From NCBI RefSeq assembly GCF_006345805.1, contig NC_042998.1, forward strand, positions 17,298,001 through 17,362,000: a DNA stretch of 64,000 nucleotides, given 5' to 3'. The notes under the pieces were generated by a model. The model did not search any database. It saw only the letters and a list, made by a program, of their open reading frames with translations, and was not told the origin of the DNA. How positions within the stretch are numbered: position 1 is the first letter of the stretch; each line of letters opens with the position of its first letter. This document shows, piece after piece, positions 1 to 13,866 of this stretch. The translations under genes and the position numbers were made by a program. The DNA is from Octopus sinensis. Its lineage: Eukaryota.

Positions 1-84
1 CCTGCCAGCTCGAGTGTCTAGTTTAATTTTACAGTTGATGTTGTTGTATGTGTGGGTCCGCTATGATATTATGAGTGTGGTTCC

Positions 85-209
85 AAAAAGCATTGAATAA
101 GGCAAGTCTCCATCTTTGAAGTTCTCAGCAATAAGATCTTAGATGTAAGCTTTTCTCTACCCTAATGACAGAGGCTCGTCTTATCCAATATTAACTGCGT
201 CCATACGGC
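85..209. repeat. Left arm of ~125-bp inverted repeat (partner 1269-1393)
   Basis: 91-209 matches the reverse complement of 1269-1387 with about 11 mismatches by hand count; the innermost ~32 bp are identical. Confidence 0.85.
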
Positions 210-342
210 CTATAGCTCTGTGTAGTATTATTTTCTAACAACATTCTCATAAGTGTGAGTTTCCATCCTATATAGATATCAAGTGCGGACGTGTCTGCAC
301 AGAATCTGATGTTCTCGTGTAATTGTTTGGGTGTGCAAGTTA

Positions 343-848
343 GATCGGGTGCGGCAGAATGATAAAATGATCTGACACGTATGTTTAATAAAATTAAAAT
401 AGAGTAAGGAACGAAAATGCGTTTTTCTTTTCGAAATGTACATACAATGCCATTTTGCTTCAATTGGTGCCATTTGTGACGCTTGATTTCAATTCCTTTT
501 CAGTTGCCAACAGGGATTGGACGGGAAAGCATTGGTGACATCGGTTGGCCCGCTCTATTTTGAACCCGTACGATTTTTTTTCTGTTGGTATACCTGACAT
601 CAAAGTTATACATTAATCGCCCTCGATGTATTGAACAACTAAATGATGCCATTCGTCAAAGAAATGCTACTATCCAACATGAAATTACTTTCGTGAACGC
701 CTACGACAGTTTGACTGATATTTAATTTTTAAACCTAAACGAAAAAATCCTATTATATGTACATTTCGAATATAAAAATACATCTTCCATTTTTTGACTC
801 CATTCTTCATTTATTAACAAATATGTCAGATCATTTTGCCGCACTCTG
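343..848 (+). mobile_element. Internally deleted Tc1/mariner-type element with ~100-bp TIRs and a transposase C-terminal remnant
   Basis: TIRs GGGTGCGGCA..AAATGATCTGAC (347-445) match the reverse complement of 750-848, followed by TA. 530-700 reads with frameshifts like IGW PARS-DLNPYDFFLWGYL.SKVY, the WPxxSPDLNPxDF motif region. Confidence 0.75.
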
Positions 849-904
<56 letters not shown>

Positions 905-1268
905 CATGTTTGTATATAGGGGGAGAGAGATACAGAGGGAGAAAGAGGTAATTAGGCGGATAAGCAACTTAGATACATCAGATATATTAAATATATCACA
1001 TATATAATGTATATTAATTTGGATACGAAATACCATATAGAGAGAAATACCATGCAAAACGTGAGAAAGCAAAAGGTGCAGACTTTCGGATGATGAGTTT
1101 TTAAGTATAAGAATATAGATGTTTATGTTAATAGGTCCAACTTACACAGAGCACAAACGACAGAGAAAATTAAAGGGGTGGAAGGAAGGTGCTATAAGTC
1201 CAATTGCTGTTTCTGGGTGCTCGATGATCTATAATAATGTTGATAGATTTAGTTTATAACAATATGCA

Positions 1269-1393
1269 GCCGTATGGACGCAGTTAATATTGGATAAGAC
1301 GAGGTTCTGTCATTAAGGTAGAGAAGAGCTTACATCTAAGATCTTAATACAGAGAACTTCAAAGGTGGAGACTTGTTATATTCAATGTATTTT
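1269..1393. repeat. Right arm of inverted repeat (partner 85-209)
   Basis: Reverse complement of 85-209. Confidence 0.85.
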
Positions 1394-1588
1394 GTAAGGT
1401 GGTATGATTTTTATTGTCGAAAATTATTTTTAACCATCTTATAAAGAAAAATTTAAATAATTAACTATTAAACGCGAATTCAGTTCTGTTTTTAACATGC
1501 TGATATATACATATATTTATGCATGCATACAAACATGGTAGATATCACCATTATCATAAACCGTCCAAACAAGTCGGTAATATGTTAC

Positions 1589-1701
1589 CTTCCAAGGAGA
1601 CAAGGCTTTTTTTCTTCAAGCAGTCAACAACACTACACAAAGAAAGATCTGTCCTGGTGGCCGTATCAGATGCAAAACAGAAAAAAAGTAGATTTATGCA
1701 G
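1589..1701 (-). CDS. Tentative internal exon (CINLLFFCFASDTATRTDLSLCSVVDCLKKKSLVSLE), protein unidentified
   Basis: Acceptor ctttagatcttaaag|C, donor GAAG|gtaaca, one open frame; no homology recognised. Confidence 0.2.
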
Positions 1702-2122
1702 CTTTAAGATCTAAAGAATAATTGTGGAGCATTTGAATTAAAGAAACTAGCCACTGTAAAGTCTATAAGTAATATATTCTTCTATGTGACAGGAAAAAGA
1801 ACATATAGCGTTGAAGAGCTCAGCTACACGGCAGATGTGAATGTCACGTGAGAAATTTTACATCCAAATACATAGATTTTCACCTGTACCAATTATCATA
1901 GTTTTGTAGCTACACCTTGTTAAGTAACATCAGCGTTGAATAAAAGTATAGAAATGCTAGAGGCTACGAAGAAAAAAAACTAGGAAACTGATTTACATTC
2001 TCCGAGTACAATCGGATAAACCCGTAAAACATTCCCGAGATCCTTTATTTCGGGTCCGGGGACTAAACACATGAATCCAGTGACATGAACCTATGGCATA
2101 CACGCACTGAGACTCATAGTCT

Positions 2123-2200
2123 AATGAATATAAAGACTAATGAAGATTGTCTAATACATATGAACACCAATGAAGATAGTCTAATACATATAAACACTAA
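2123..2200. repeat. ~30-bp minisatellite (actaatgaagatwgtctaatacatatraac, ~2.5 units)
   Basis: Direct tandem units visible. Confidence 0.6.
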
Positions 2201-3881
2201 TGTAGCACATGCACTCATGTGCTAAACTGACTCGGACTACTGCTACATTAATGCAGTTTTTTACAAATAGAGTTATGTAAATAGTCTCAAACAGAAAAAC
2301 AAACCTCAAAAGGTTTCATGACAAAGAGAGTTTTTCGGGGTTTCTTTTACGTTAATTAGTAAATATTTGCATGTATGTACATGTGAGGTAGAGGGCATTT
2401 TACTAAGAAAATATTAGTTATACAAAAGGACCAATTTGTAAGTGACTTGGTTGAATTCTGCAAAGGAGAAAAGAGAAACATATCCCTGAGATAAAATCAC
2501 AAACACAGCAACATAACACTTACATGTATAGACACACACACACACATATCAGTGAAGTTGTCACTCTTAGTGTTGTGTGAGACAAGGAAATAATACATAA
2601 TCAGTCAACACATTTATTATATTTTCAGAATTTTACATTTTATATCCCATTATTGACATCAATCAATATGATAGACATCTTTAAATTCGAACCAAATTTG
2701 AAATGAGATTTTCACAAGTGACATAGAAGAGAATCATTTGTTTATTGTTATTCAAAACTGACTTTAATTCTTAATAAGATACTTCGCCTTGTCAATATTC
2801 GTTTGTTAAACATTTTCTGGCAACTAATTCTTTAGTTCCTTATTTTAGTTGGAACTGACGAAAATATAATCAATAAGCCATTAATACTATCAACTCACTT
2901 CACCCTACAATGTTTGCAAAATGCCGACAGGACATAACAAATTTAATCATTATAGACAATAGAAAAATCGATATTTGAGCATAGCAGTTTAACAATTATC
3001 AAAAACTCTGGCCAACGTTAGTGATATAATATATACAGCAGTAATATCTAGTACTGCAACTTTTACAAACTAAGTGGCTATTTATACGAATAATAATACT
3101 TGTAAGCATAGAACATATTTAGTTGTTGTAAATCAAGCATATTTGAAAATGTTTCTGTAAATATATCAGTTAAACTTTTCCAGGTACGGAGTTCATGGTA
3201 TACGTTTTTGTAAGTAAATTTTAGTTCAATCTTCTAACTAGCATTATACGCGTTTTGAATTTTCTAAAAACTTAATATTCGCAATATATTAAATCCTATT
3301 AACGTCTACAACACATAATGCTAGAAACGCATTTTAATATCCCAAAACTTCCTAAAAACCTTATTGCATTTATGCGCGACGAAAATTTACATAGGTTTCT
3401 AAGTTCACATTATTTCGCTGAAGCAGACATTGCGGTAAAAATTTCATTCTATTCACTATAAATTTTGATAGTTACGTACTCTGGGAATCTCATGATAAAT
3501 AAGCAATATAACTGCAGGAAATAGCCATTGCATCTAATTGGTTTATGTATTGTACTAAACTTTAAATCTCATTACACATATTATACTGAATCGCATGCCA
3601 TTGTACATTGAACTGACACCATTTTACTTGAAACCCCCGGAATAATGGAAAGAAATCAATATAAGAAACATTTGATAACTATACGTCATTTTATTTAACC
3701 TAATACTGAAATGAACTTCATCTGTCCACTAGTACCTTTCTCATATACTAATCATGATGAATTTAAATATATTTTTATATACAGCCTTTTGAATTCTATT
3801 AACGAAAAGAAACATTCATCTTTATCCACATTATACCTTATAGTATGGCATGTATGCTTTATGTTTCATACTATTTCTTAC

Positions 3882-3943
3882 CATAGTTTTACGTTTCTGT
3901 CCTACAATATGCGGACGTTTACCATCGTCAAACATTCGAAATA
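3882..3943 (-). CDS. Tentative 62-nt internal exon, xFRMFDDGKRPHIVGQKRKTM, protein unidentified
   Basis: Strong acceptor attttaccttctgtag| and donor ATG|gtaaga; only one of three frames is open. Confidence 0.4.
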
Positions 3944-4884
3944 CTACAGAAGGTAAAATAATTATAATGTAATCTAATTATTATTAATTTAATTTTGAAT
4001 ATAAGATTTACCTCATATATTCTCTACTTTTCATTTTTGCAGCATTTTTTATTTAGATTATCATTCAACTAAGGTAGTAGTTGAATAATATTCTTAAGGT
4101 CACAGTAATAATCACAAGCAGCATCTTTCAGAGCTTGTCACTAATTCAGTTCTTAACCATATTGAAAATACTGTTAACATTTTTGAAGAGGACTACATTT
4201 TGCTACATTTTGGCATAAAACAAATTGAGATTTGGTCCAGTAGAAAAAAAGTTTACATGAAAATTTGTAGCAACGTTATAAGAGTGTAAGTAACGCCTCC
4301 AATGGCGATTAGATCTAAATAAAAAACTTTTAAAAAGAAAAGTATATTTAACTTAGCTTTAATGATACAAGAAATCATGAAGAATTTCATAGTTTCGGTC
4401 CCATGTAACAAACCTTTGTATCAAAAAGTGGTGAGGTAAAATATTATGAAAAAATATAAGGCAAAAAAATTGGTTTTAGTATCAATAACTTCCTTATTTT
4501 AAAAACAAACTATATTTTAATTAAGCTTAAATGATAGAACTCAATTCAAGGTATTTCATGGTATCAGGCTCATGCAATGAAGCTTTAAAAGAAAAGAAAT
4601 TATAAGTATTTGTTTCTCAAATTTGAGGATGAGAATATAGTTGTATACTGTTTTATGAATATTGTTCTATAAGGGGACTTATGTCAACGGCATCATTCCG
4701 GTAAGAGAAAATTAACAATGACACCGATAATGACACATTCGACGCATTATTAATTAGCATTATATGTTAGCCTGGAAAAAAGACCCCTACTATACTGTGT
4801 AATCAATAAAATCAAAAACAAACAATGCCATGAGTGAAATTATAAGTATAAAATGGCGACAACTTACACGTCGCATACTGTGTG

Positions 4885-4914
4885 TGTATATGTATATATA
4901 TATATATATAATAT

Positions 4915-4968
<54 letters not shown>

Positions 4969-5040
4969 TATATGTGTGTGTGTTTGTGTATGTATAATAT
5001 ATATATACATACATACATACACTCACACACACTCACACAC
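4885..5040. repeat. Compound (TA)n/(TG)n/(CA)n microsatellite
   Basis: Direct reading. Confidence 0.95.
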
Positions 5041-6386
5041 ATACAATAGTATTGAATGTTCTACAGATCGAGGTGCAGTAGATTTCCATTTTTTATATTA
5101 CTATTCTTGTGCCTGATCACGTGGCCAAGTTGATGAAAGAAGATGTTTTTAGATTTTCCCTTGATTCATGTTCTAAGGAAAGAAAATGCGTTTTTGCGAA
5201 CTTCAGAAAAAGTTAGTTATATCAGTCAATTACTCATATCAATAGGCGCAATAAAAACACGTGATAAAATGTTTTACTTTAAATTTTGTTTGATTGATTT
5301 TTTATGCGCGGAACGTTTGCTTTTAATAAGCATTGGTATCTTAAGGTTCTTTTTATCCTTATAGTGATTGCTGAAATGCTCCTATTAGATTATTTGAATT
5401 CACAAGATTAATAGTTTAATCCAGGAATCAAAATAAGTGTTAAGTATTAAATGTTAGCGCATGAATACAATAACACGGAATAAGCGTGTTATAAGAGTTA
5501 CGCACATCACAGCGATTCAATTTTATCGAGCATCAATATCACATAACATGAACGGATTACTGAATTCATAACACACAGCATAATCGGATGTCTCAAAAAC
5601 GAACTGTCTCTGTAAAGGATATACATCTTTAGTTGCTTTCTTTCTTTTTAAGAACATGACAGCATTTGCAAAGAAGAGCCATTTGCAAGCAGACTGATAA
5701 AATATCATCCTCTTAGCTATAAATTATCTTAAAAGACAGCTCTAATGATTACCTGAATATTTACTATTATCAAGTCTTCTATTTTGATTAGAAAGGATTA
5801 TTTTTCATACTCTTGGAGTTCCATTTCGTCACATGATTTTATCATAGCCAAAAGCTGCTCGACGGTTTTACAAATTATGAATGGAATCTTTTTCATTGTT
5901 TTTGCTCTGAAAGTATTTCTTTTTATTATTTCGTCGTAGATTCTAAAACGTGCTTTATAAGACAGAACATATTTTGTATTGGTATTTTGCTGTGGATCAG
6001 TCATTCCCAAACAAACATGACCCAGTAAACCTATGTTGAAGACCCTTCTAGCTGTAACCATCTATTTCTCAATTGTTGATTATGTAGCCTACGCTCAGAG
6101 CTACATGTAGAGTCTCTTGTCATTACAAATGTTATACACAATTGTATGACAAAGTTGTACACAATTTATGGACTGATGAATCTTATTTAACAAATATTAC
6201 AAGCTATATACATTAATATTACTAACTACATAAGAAAATTACTAATATACCAATATATGATGTATAGTGTATAATTCTACCACTAAACACATTTTCTGAC
6301 CAGCTAATTCTAATACTAGATATGTCAAGAGATTAATAGTCTTTTTTCTATAACAGCCAAATTCCTGAAACTTTGTGAGAAGACGA

Positions 6387-6523
6387 ATCGATTTCATCGA
6401 TTCCAGTACATGATTGACACGCAGTTCATCGATTCCGAAGGGATGAATGGCAAAGTTGACCTCGGCGAAGTTTGAACTCAGAACGTAACCACGGTCGATG
6501 TGACGCTAAGCATTTTGCTCGCT
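6387..6523 (-). mobile_element. Decayed tRNA-derived SINE (same family as 50426 and 61759)
   Basis: Reverse complement contains gttctgagttcaaacttcgccgaggtcaactttgccattcatcccttcgg (B box plus conserved core). Confidence 0.75.
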
Positions 6524-9500
6524 AAGCGACTTGGGTACCTAAGCGATTAGGGTAACTATTCATACAGGACTACCGCAAACAAAATGAAAGGTTGTCGTAC
6601 ATTAACACAACCCCCTGCAACCCACATCTTGTGTTTTAGAACCTGGTCCGTAACAGGATTTTGTAACTATCTTCGATTTAGTTTAAATTTCGCTTGATTT
6701 CCTTCAATATTATCAGAGTAATGGCAATTTTACTGAAATTGTTTGTTGGGGATTGTGCATACGTCTATGAGATACTGCATATGCGTGCATGTTATGTATA
6801 TATGTATGTATTATATGCGTCGGACTTTCGGAGTCGATTTTTCGTTTACCTGCAACCTAACTTTTTGCCTTAATGTCCTTCCTTCTTTCTTTTCGAAGAA
6901 ATTGTTTGTGCCCAGGTAAGGAGCGGGACCGTATCAGTTGTGTATTAAAATGTCCAAGAGAAGCCTCTTACAATTCCACTAAGATGTTCAGGTTTGGATT
7001 CAAAGCAACACATGTGCTCGATTGCATATGACCATCTATATATTTACCTATCTTTAGGAAACATATAAATAACGTTCTGTTGTTTATGGTTTGCCACAAC
7101 TGCAATGTCCTAATTCAATATGCACATGATCAGGGATGTTTTGAGAGTGACAACAATTAAATATACCATTAGGTCTATCAGTTCCTGATGAAATTATTTC
7201 CTTCACCTGCCAATGCATAGCCATATCTAGCTGTCAGTTTTCACAAACTGCATTGCTATTTACAACATTGTCGATATTTCGGCACATTATGATTGCAGCC
7301 ATCACAGGATTTCAATGATAGTCATATACATTTTACTTATACATTAATCTTGGTCTCAAGGAGTTGACATCGAATTTGAAGCTAGTTACGGAGGAATTAC
7401 ATTTCTCATCTATTTTCAGATAGTACTGTCGATTCAACCCCCAGGTCAATGACAAAGGCTTAGTATCTTCTAATGATATTTACAATGTATTGAAGAACAT
7501 TACACAAAATCTGGATACAGTACATAATAAGACAATGCTTCCAACCGAAGGGCTTCTATAAAATTTCCGTGTATACAGTTTCATTAAAAACATATAGGTT
7601 GATCCGAGTTTCAAATAATCGACATTTACTGGGTGATGTGCATTTCCTTGGTATATTGCTCAAATATAATTTTATATATCTCTTGTGTAATTTATCATAC
7701 ATAACCATTTATATATAATGTGATTCAGGGTAACGTGTTACTGAATCATTTGCAACCAATATTAAACAGAAGCTATATAAATATATTCGAAACCAGTACT
7801 TCGTAGTTACAAAGGAAATTTGTTAAACATTCTGCCATACTGCGCTAATACATTATGAAATAATGATTATAGAAAACTCCAACAACGCACCATATCACCA
7901 AAGTAATTCTCCTAGCGTTACTACTATTGTTATTGGTACTCTCAGTTTTCATAATGCTTACTACCTTGCTTTATGACTATCTACCTCACGCAATACACGT
8001 AATTTTGCATATAGTTAATCATTATTTAGTCCTCCTGAAAAATCCCAATAAATTTGTTCTCTGGAATACATTGATCTGAATGCAGTGCCGTCCCACTTTG
8101 GAAGTACTTACAAATTGCAAGCTAACTGCATTGGCATAATTAGACTGTGAAAGTATTCAAATATTTCGGGCGCCGCACTTGTATCTCACACTAACGATTT
8201 CTTGAAATACAAAATAATACAAAACAAACTAGCACGTCCATCATAATAAACGTTGTGAACATGCACTTGAACCCAACACTTTACTCACGCCCCTTCCTAC
8301 TCCCACGTACACATAAACACATAATGCATCGCACACAGTAATGCGTACACAGAAACATGCATGTATTTATGTATGATATTTTTATATGTAATATAGAATA
8401 ACATTATATTCCATTGCACATGTATGCGTGCATGTGTGTATATGTGTCTATGTATACATATGTATCTATGTATGTGTGTATGTGTCTCTGTATAGATGTG
8501 CAATTCTGTGTGTAATGTAGCGTAGTGTTTTATAGTAACTTGTGTGCTTTTATTCGGAAATCATATTCATTCGATTAACTGAATACGTCAGTACATCTAA
8601 TATAATTTAAAGGTGGTGTAAGTCAGTCTAAACATTTACATTATAACCAGTAAGTAAATATGATAAATTAAGAACTACTTTAAATACTGCGATGTGTGGG
8701 CTTATACAGAGAAAATAAATTTGTGAAGCACCTAGAAACTTAATATCGATATCTATGAACGCAGAAACGACCAGTTTATATACAATATTAATTTCAGAGA
8801 TAAACAGTTTAACTGATACTGTTACACAGACATTACTGACAGGATATTCTGCAATCTATTTAACGACGTTATCAACTAATACAACGTCATAAGGGAAGCA
8901 AACTAACGCCTTTTTATTCATTCTGTGTAAATCCTGAGAGATTTCGGTTCAAACATTGATAAGCACAGCATCACCGGGCCGTATTTAAGTCAGGGAATAA
9001 ATTAAAAGATACTACCGTCGTAGTATTGATAGGAAATGCTTTCCCTCGAGGAATGGTGTTAGCAAGTTGCAATGTGGTTGCATACGTGCTTCAGTAATTT
9101 GAATGCGTAAGCTGTCTTAGCTGGTAGCGGGAAAAGGTGTGCTATGAAAGTACAGCTGCTAGGCTGTCTCAAAACTTGGAAAGATTCCAAACGCATGACT
9201 CTGACAGTAACAGAATTATTGTATCATGGGGTGATTGGAACTGATTGTGAGAATTAAATAAAACATCAAGTAAAGAATAAAAATTGCTTTATTTCTTCGT
9301 ATTATTCTGCTTTTTTATGCTTTCTGAAATCTAAGCATTTTTTATGCAAGGGTAAGAAATATGTTTACGTACCATCTTAAATGTAAGAAATATATGTATA
9401 GTTACATTAATATTTCTTAGTAGTTATATTAGCCTTTCTAATGATAGAATATAATGCCATATTCCAACCTCTTCGAATTGTGCAATAATTAGTTTGCACG

Positions 9501-9734
9501 ACGCTTGAAGTTTGTCTGTTCCTGTTCTTCTGTGTCATAAATTGCGTGATCATATTAATCAAAACAACGTTTCTTATACATAGATTTTTACATGCATGCG
9601 CATGTCTCTTATAAACTTAAGCATACGTATAGGTGAAGACATGCTGACATAGCACTCGCTTTAGTGTATCTGCACATTTGTACGATTCAACTAACAATAG
9701 TTTTTCTATGTATGTAGAGCACGTTACGTCAAAG

Positions 9735-9782
<48 letters not shown>

Positions 9783-9954
9783 CAATACGTTAAAGGCAAT
9801 TTCATAAGTGTTTAATTTAATCTCCTTTCCCTTCTTTAATAGTACGTATACTTTGACAAAAAATTTCACTGATGCGTATATGTATTAATACAGATGTTTA
9901 CCACCATATTCATTCTTAATATTTCTGATTTCTTACAATATACACAGCTTACCA

Positions 9955-10200
9955 CACAGGGTGTCCATAAGTTTAAGACTTTGAACGTTTATGGTCGTAG
10001 TAAAAGTACTTGTTTCTAAGCAGTTGCAATTCCAAGTATAAATGTTTTTTACGAAATAAATAGAGAAACATTTCATTGTAAAAAAACAGTTGGAGCGATG
10101 CCAAGGTTGGTTAGTTATGGATGGGCATATGGGCTTGTTTAGCAAACTCTAAAGCATTTTAACTTGTGAAGGAGAAAGCAGAAATGTAGGTTTACCTAGC
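9955..10200 (+). mobile_element. Probable Tc1/mariner remnant (TIR-like cagggtgtccataag)
   Basis: Typical Tc1/mariner terminal motif; downstream sequence is highly decayed and no partner TIR was found. Confidence 0.3.
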
Positions 10201-12574
10201 GGATTCACACCTGCTAAAGCATTTGCGAATGGTAAGCTACCAACCACACAAAAGCTGTGTGTACGATAGTAGTGTCCTAAATTTCCATGAACATCTCATT
10301 GTTATTGAATGTTATTTCCAGGTCTTGAAGAGAAAAATAGTCTAGCTAAAAGCCTACAAATATTTGTCAAGGTTTATACCGGGAATTGTCACGCAAAATG
10401 TATACAAATTGGGAAGAAATGTATTTTTATAAATTAATACACCGAAATATAAGTCATGTGAAGTAAAAGTGCAGTACAATTATCTTTTGATGGCTATGAA
10501 GCTGAATCTTTTAAATTGTTAAATATGGCAAGTCCGGTAAATTCACGCCGTTTGACAATGTTCATTCTAACGTTGAATGCAACATTTCAGGTATAGCAAA
10601 GAGTGTTTAAATTACTCGTGAATGATCCCTGCGCGTTGAATTCTATGCAAGATTATAAAAGCAGTTTAGATATATATAGTAATTGTAAATAATTACATGA
10701 ATTTCGGTTCAGTTTTTAAAATATTAGTTTAGTCCATAGAATTCAAAATTTGCTTTAATAATTCTTTACTGTTTTCATCTTAGGCACATATAGATGTCTT
10801 TGTATTTTAGCAACAATCTAATGTGTTAACCGGATACTATTAGTGAAATGTTCCGAGAGTCCCTTCCCTTCCTATTAAACAAATATGGTGTGAATTTTTC
10901 GATAGCACTAATATAGACTTAGTCAAATACAGCAAGACTTCCAGATCATGGTTACAATTCTCATTGACCAGCGAATAGAGATAGTGCAGGTTGTGCAAAG
11001 CATGCTGTAACCGGCGACAGCTTTGGTATATACACTGTCCACTTTTAGAAGCAAATGTGACATCGTTGCTGATAATGAGCCAACTATCACAGGAAGTTCT
11101 CTAACTCTGGATTCAGGAATTAATTTACAGGCAATGGAGAGATGCAGTTAATAATAATGAATGGCGTATCCTTTTGAAAATTTAAACTGAGAGTACCTGG
11201 TAAAGTTCGGTGTATAAATATGATAGTACTTATCAAAATAGTTATTCAAATGTTTTGAAGTGGTGTACAGAAACGGCGTCCAACATCTTACCATAGGAAT
11301 TGCGTATGCCCATTTCTTCTACGTTATGCCGCCATTAAGAGTGCGTTGTTTGTGCTAAGATGCGTGATTTAAAAAACAGCAACGTTGCACATTGTTAGAT
11401 GGGCACATAAAGTTGAACCACAGTGTTTCTACTCCAAACTAATGCTCAGAGCGGCAGCAGCCGATCCGCGCTACCTGTTTCAGTGAAGTTTGACTGGTAT
11501 TTAGGTGACAGTCGGCCGACTGTGCTACCATGTTCAAGTAAGATGCAAGTGATTTATTTTTTCACAAACAACAGTACACTTAGCTGAATTTCTACAACGC
11601 ATAACTATGTCACAAATTTCGATAACGCCGCTCATTTACAATCTATCCGACAGGTTTCCACACTGTTCATGTAAACAATATTACTCAGAAAGTCAGCGTC
11701 TATAGGAGAAGAAACAAACGGACTCGCAACATGTGTACTACACAGACAAATTGTACTCAACACTTATCAAAAATCGGCACTCTTTGCCCCTCAACCTCTA
11801 TCAAAATCAGTATGACCTTAGTGAAATCTGAGAGTAGAGGAGGACCAAAATCCTATACTGTTTCAGGGTTATTTGGTCCACTAATATAAATGGAAGTTTC
11901 AGAAGGTTTTACTCGGCAGTTTTACCGACAATTTTCTAATATGAGATGAAATCTACCATCAAGGTTAAACTGTGATGTCTTCCTGTACAAGATGGCTGTA
12001 CGATGACGATACTAGCGCAAACCCAGCTATCATCCGAGTTGATCGTGCTAATCGACCCACTGATTTCATTTAGCTAGGTATGGCAGGATTATATTCTACG
12101 CTGTGCTTGATATCAAATAACAGAATGGTGGAAAAGATCGAAACTGCAGACAAATAATTTCCACTCTTACCCATGTCTTAGCGACAGTCTTAGTTTTGAT
12201 TTGGAGAAAACAAATAAGAATATTAGAAGCTACTTTCTCCTGCCCTGATTTGAGGAATTAGTGAGATGACCAACATAAATGAATCTGCTTTAATCGTACA
12301 TGTATAGAATGAAGGGCACGTTTGTGTTCTCCGCTCTACAACGAAATGCTCGACCTGTGGTATTTACAGTAATTCAGGATAAGTTGGGGGTTCTTTGACT
12401 GGCTTTAAGTAGAACTTTTACGATTAGAATCTCATTTAGCAAACGTTTGAATATTTTCTTTTCTCTACCTTTGTTTATTTTTTATTAGATTGAGAAAAAC
12501 ACACTAAGCTCTCCGTAAATTATTTACTGATGACCAGTTAATACAGCACATGCTAAACAAAAACTTATTATATA

Positions 12575-13448
12575 CGAGGTTGTATCAAAACGTTCCCGAA
12601 TTAGTTACGTTTAATAAAAAAGAGCTTATTTAACTACGTTTTAACATTATTCTCTTCGACATAGTCACCATGCACAACAATACACTGGTCCCAGCATTTC
12701 TACCACTTTTGGAATCCGGCCTGGAAGTCGTAGGACTTTCTGTGATTCACCCTTGTTCTCAACAATGGTGTTAAAAGGGCGACCTTTGCGTTGCATTTTC
12801 CTCTTGTGCAGAAGATGGAAGTCCGCAGGTACTAAATCTGATGTATAAGTCGGATGCAGGAGCGATATCATGTTGCTTTTGGTGGGAGACTCACGAGTGA
12901 GGAGAACTCGGTAATAGGTTGCATTGTCTTTGTACAGAATGCAATTCTTCGCGCTCCACAAATCCGGTCACTTTCCCGGAATGTCCTCTTTCAAACACTT
13001 CAATACGTCATTGATTGTCCTCCGACGATCTTCGTGCACAGGCTGATGAATTTCCTCCACATTTCCTGGGGTGGCACACATGGCAGGTCTTCCAGAATGC
13101 TCACCGTCTTTAAGAGATGTTCTTCCGATTTTGAAGCGCCCGTGCCACTCCAAACCATGTGTATGACCAATCGGCACGTCGCTGTAAACTTGCCAGAGCA
13201 TGCTGAATGTCTTCGTAGCAGACATCCCAAGTTTAACGCAAATTTTCACGTTGATGCTTTGTTCCCACTTCCTGTACATGACAACAATTGCAGACTAGGC
13301 TACAGCATACACGTGATCACAACTAACGATGTTACTCTACATATTGCCTCGTGAAGGTCACTGCTACCTCTAACTGTGCACACAGCCGGGTGCTAACACC
13401 TGTTGGCGCGCTACAGAATTAGCCCAAGAACATTTCGATACCAAAAGC
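12575..13448 (-). mobile_element. Internally deleted mariner transposon with transposase pseudogene
   Basis: ORF 12968-13279 has a mariner N-terminal HTH (WEQSINVKICVKLG..EWHGRFKIGRTSLKD..SGRP). ORF 12665-12961 has DNAT and HPTYTSDLVPADF (YSPDLAPxDF-like). Degenerate TIRs gtatcaaaacgttcccg / ccaagaacatttcgatac, flanked by TA. Confidence 0.85.
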
Positions 13449-13593
13449 TAATTGATTTCCTATACCGACAGCTACTTGCTTTCGGATAACAGCAGGTACT
13501 TGTTTTCTAAAATAATTCATATACAACAATAACAATGTACTAGGGTTGTATATATATATACTATATATAAATGCTCGATATTTATTTATCTGT

Positions 13594-13624
<31 letters not shown>

Positions 13625-13820
13625 TTTTGAAAACTGCACTCTAACGTTGCTGCGATTTAAAGACACTTTCCAGTAGTTGTATAAGGATGAATGAATACAT
13701 ATATTTATTATTTAACATGTAACACGTGCGTCATATATTCGTACAAGTATTTGTAAACTTCACACTATGTGTAAATTTATATAGATTCTCTATATATTTC
13801 CACATAATATATCTTACAGC

Positions 13821-13822
<2 letters not shown>

Positions 13823-13866
<44 letters not shown>
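13823..13866. repeat. (GATA)n flank of short Tx1 3'-end copy
   Basis: Direct reading. Confidence 0.95.

Noticed and set aside
4099-4285. Plus-strand open frame with AG/GTAAGT boundaries (HSNNHKQHLSELVTNSVLNH...)
   Set aside because: Weak acceptor, no recognisable homology, and on the opposite strand to the better 3882-3943 candidate; left unresolved.
10900-11600. Possible Tc1/mariner and SINE remnants
   Set aside because: Too decayed to give motifs or boundaries I can support.
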